A stretch of DNA of 64,000 bases from Octopus sinensis (taxonomy: Eukaryota), in assembly GCF_006345805.1 (NCBI RefSeq), contig NC_043003.1:69378001-69442000 (forward strand), written 5' to 3'. Positions 63,011-64,000 of the stretch are shown one piece after another. A program made the position numbers and the translations under genes. Numbering within the stretch: position 1 is the stretch's first letter; each line of letters starts with the position of its first letter. Under the pieces are notes generated by a model. That model was not told the DNA's origin and did not search any database. It saw only the letters and a list, made by a program, of their open reading frames with translations.

Positions 63011-64000
63011 TTGGCAAATAAACTTTACTCTAATTGTAAAAATATTTCCATTCAATACATGCTAGATTGATTAATGGGGGGGGGTTAATTTATTTAAGAT
63101 ATTCACATTTCAACCCTTTTGCATTCGTACTATTCTGTCAAATACAATACTTAATTATTCTCCCTGTTTTGAATTAATCATGCATTATGTTGTAACTTCA
63201 AGACCTCAATGATGTGATTGTGTATTTTTAGAATGACATTGTAAGGTAAGTGTGAGAGGCTGGATCTGGCAGGTGTAAACATAAATAAAGGTCAAATATG
63301 ATATGGCCGGTTTAAATGCTAAAAGGTCAAACCAAAACTTCATTCATACTGCTTTTCGTTTGAATTTTCCTTCTAGAATTTTCCTTACTAAAAACATCAT
63401 TGATAGCCTATGCTCCATAGGGAGCAAAGAGCTAAAGTTAAAAATGATATAGTAGGCAGAAAATTTAGTTACTATTTGTAACAGATAAAACAGCAATACA
63501 GGAACTCATTGGCTTGTTAATAATAATATTTTGTAAACAAGTGGAGGAGGTAATAAAATCAATAACGAATTAAAAATAGCAGTCTTGATCAATATTCTTT
63601 ATCAATTTGTTTAGTTTTCTGATAGGAATTATCACAATAATTAAACTTTTCCAAGCTATTAACTCCATCATTTTTGTTTCCACTCTCACAATGAAAGGAG
63701 AGATCGGATGCCTCCTAATAGATGGAATAAAAGAATATCATTAAGCGCTAATGAAAGCGGAAATATCAAGATGAAGAATGATTGAACGCATAAGGGGAGA
63801 GCATCTAAAATTACCATTATAGATAAAAACTGCAGTGGAAATTTGAAAAATTTTAAGAAGCAGCGATGCATTTAGCAAATCAATTCAGCATGGTTGCCAT
63901 AATTGAAAAATTAAACTCAAATATTCTAAAACATAAATATTAACTGTATGTACACTTTTTGGATTAAAATGTTAATAATTTTACTTCAAAATTATACGGT

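Noticed and set aside
63686-63871. Hydrophobic ORF as an upstream exon
   Set aside because: Donor phase does not fit exon 59131-59264 and the composition looks like T-rich intron.

Overview
AT-rich, repeat-dense animal genomic DNA. The SINE and RTE repeat families point to an octopus (coleoid cephalopod); this is inference from recall. The window holds the 3' part of one minus-strand multi-exon gene: 18 in-phase GT-AG coding exons from 59264 down to 17452, then candidate alternative last exons at 14888-15879, 9861-9891 and 9008-9108. It encodes the coiled-coil/C-terminal half of a PLEKHA5/6/7-like (Drosophila kramer-like) protein; the PH-domain exons are not in the window. Introns contain tRNA-derived SINEs, RTE fragments and RTE-tailed repeats, a decayed mariner, hAT/piggyBac/pogo-type MITEs and Helentron-like elements. 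The most interesting signal is a set of non-coding fold-back elements carrying minimal type-I hammerhead ribozyme motifs (CUGANGA...GAAA). The main family joins a tRNA-like Pol III head and an (AAT)n spacer to a hammerhead-bearing Penelope-like terminal repeat, with an inverted second arm, a one-sided ~30-nt tail and 11-13 bp target-site duplications. All coordinates and translations were read by eye; repeat boundaries are approximate and family names were not checked against databases.
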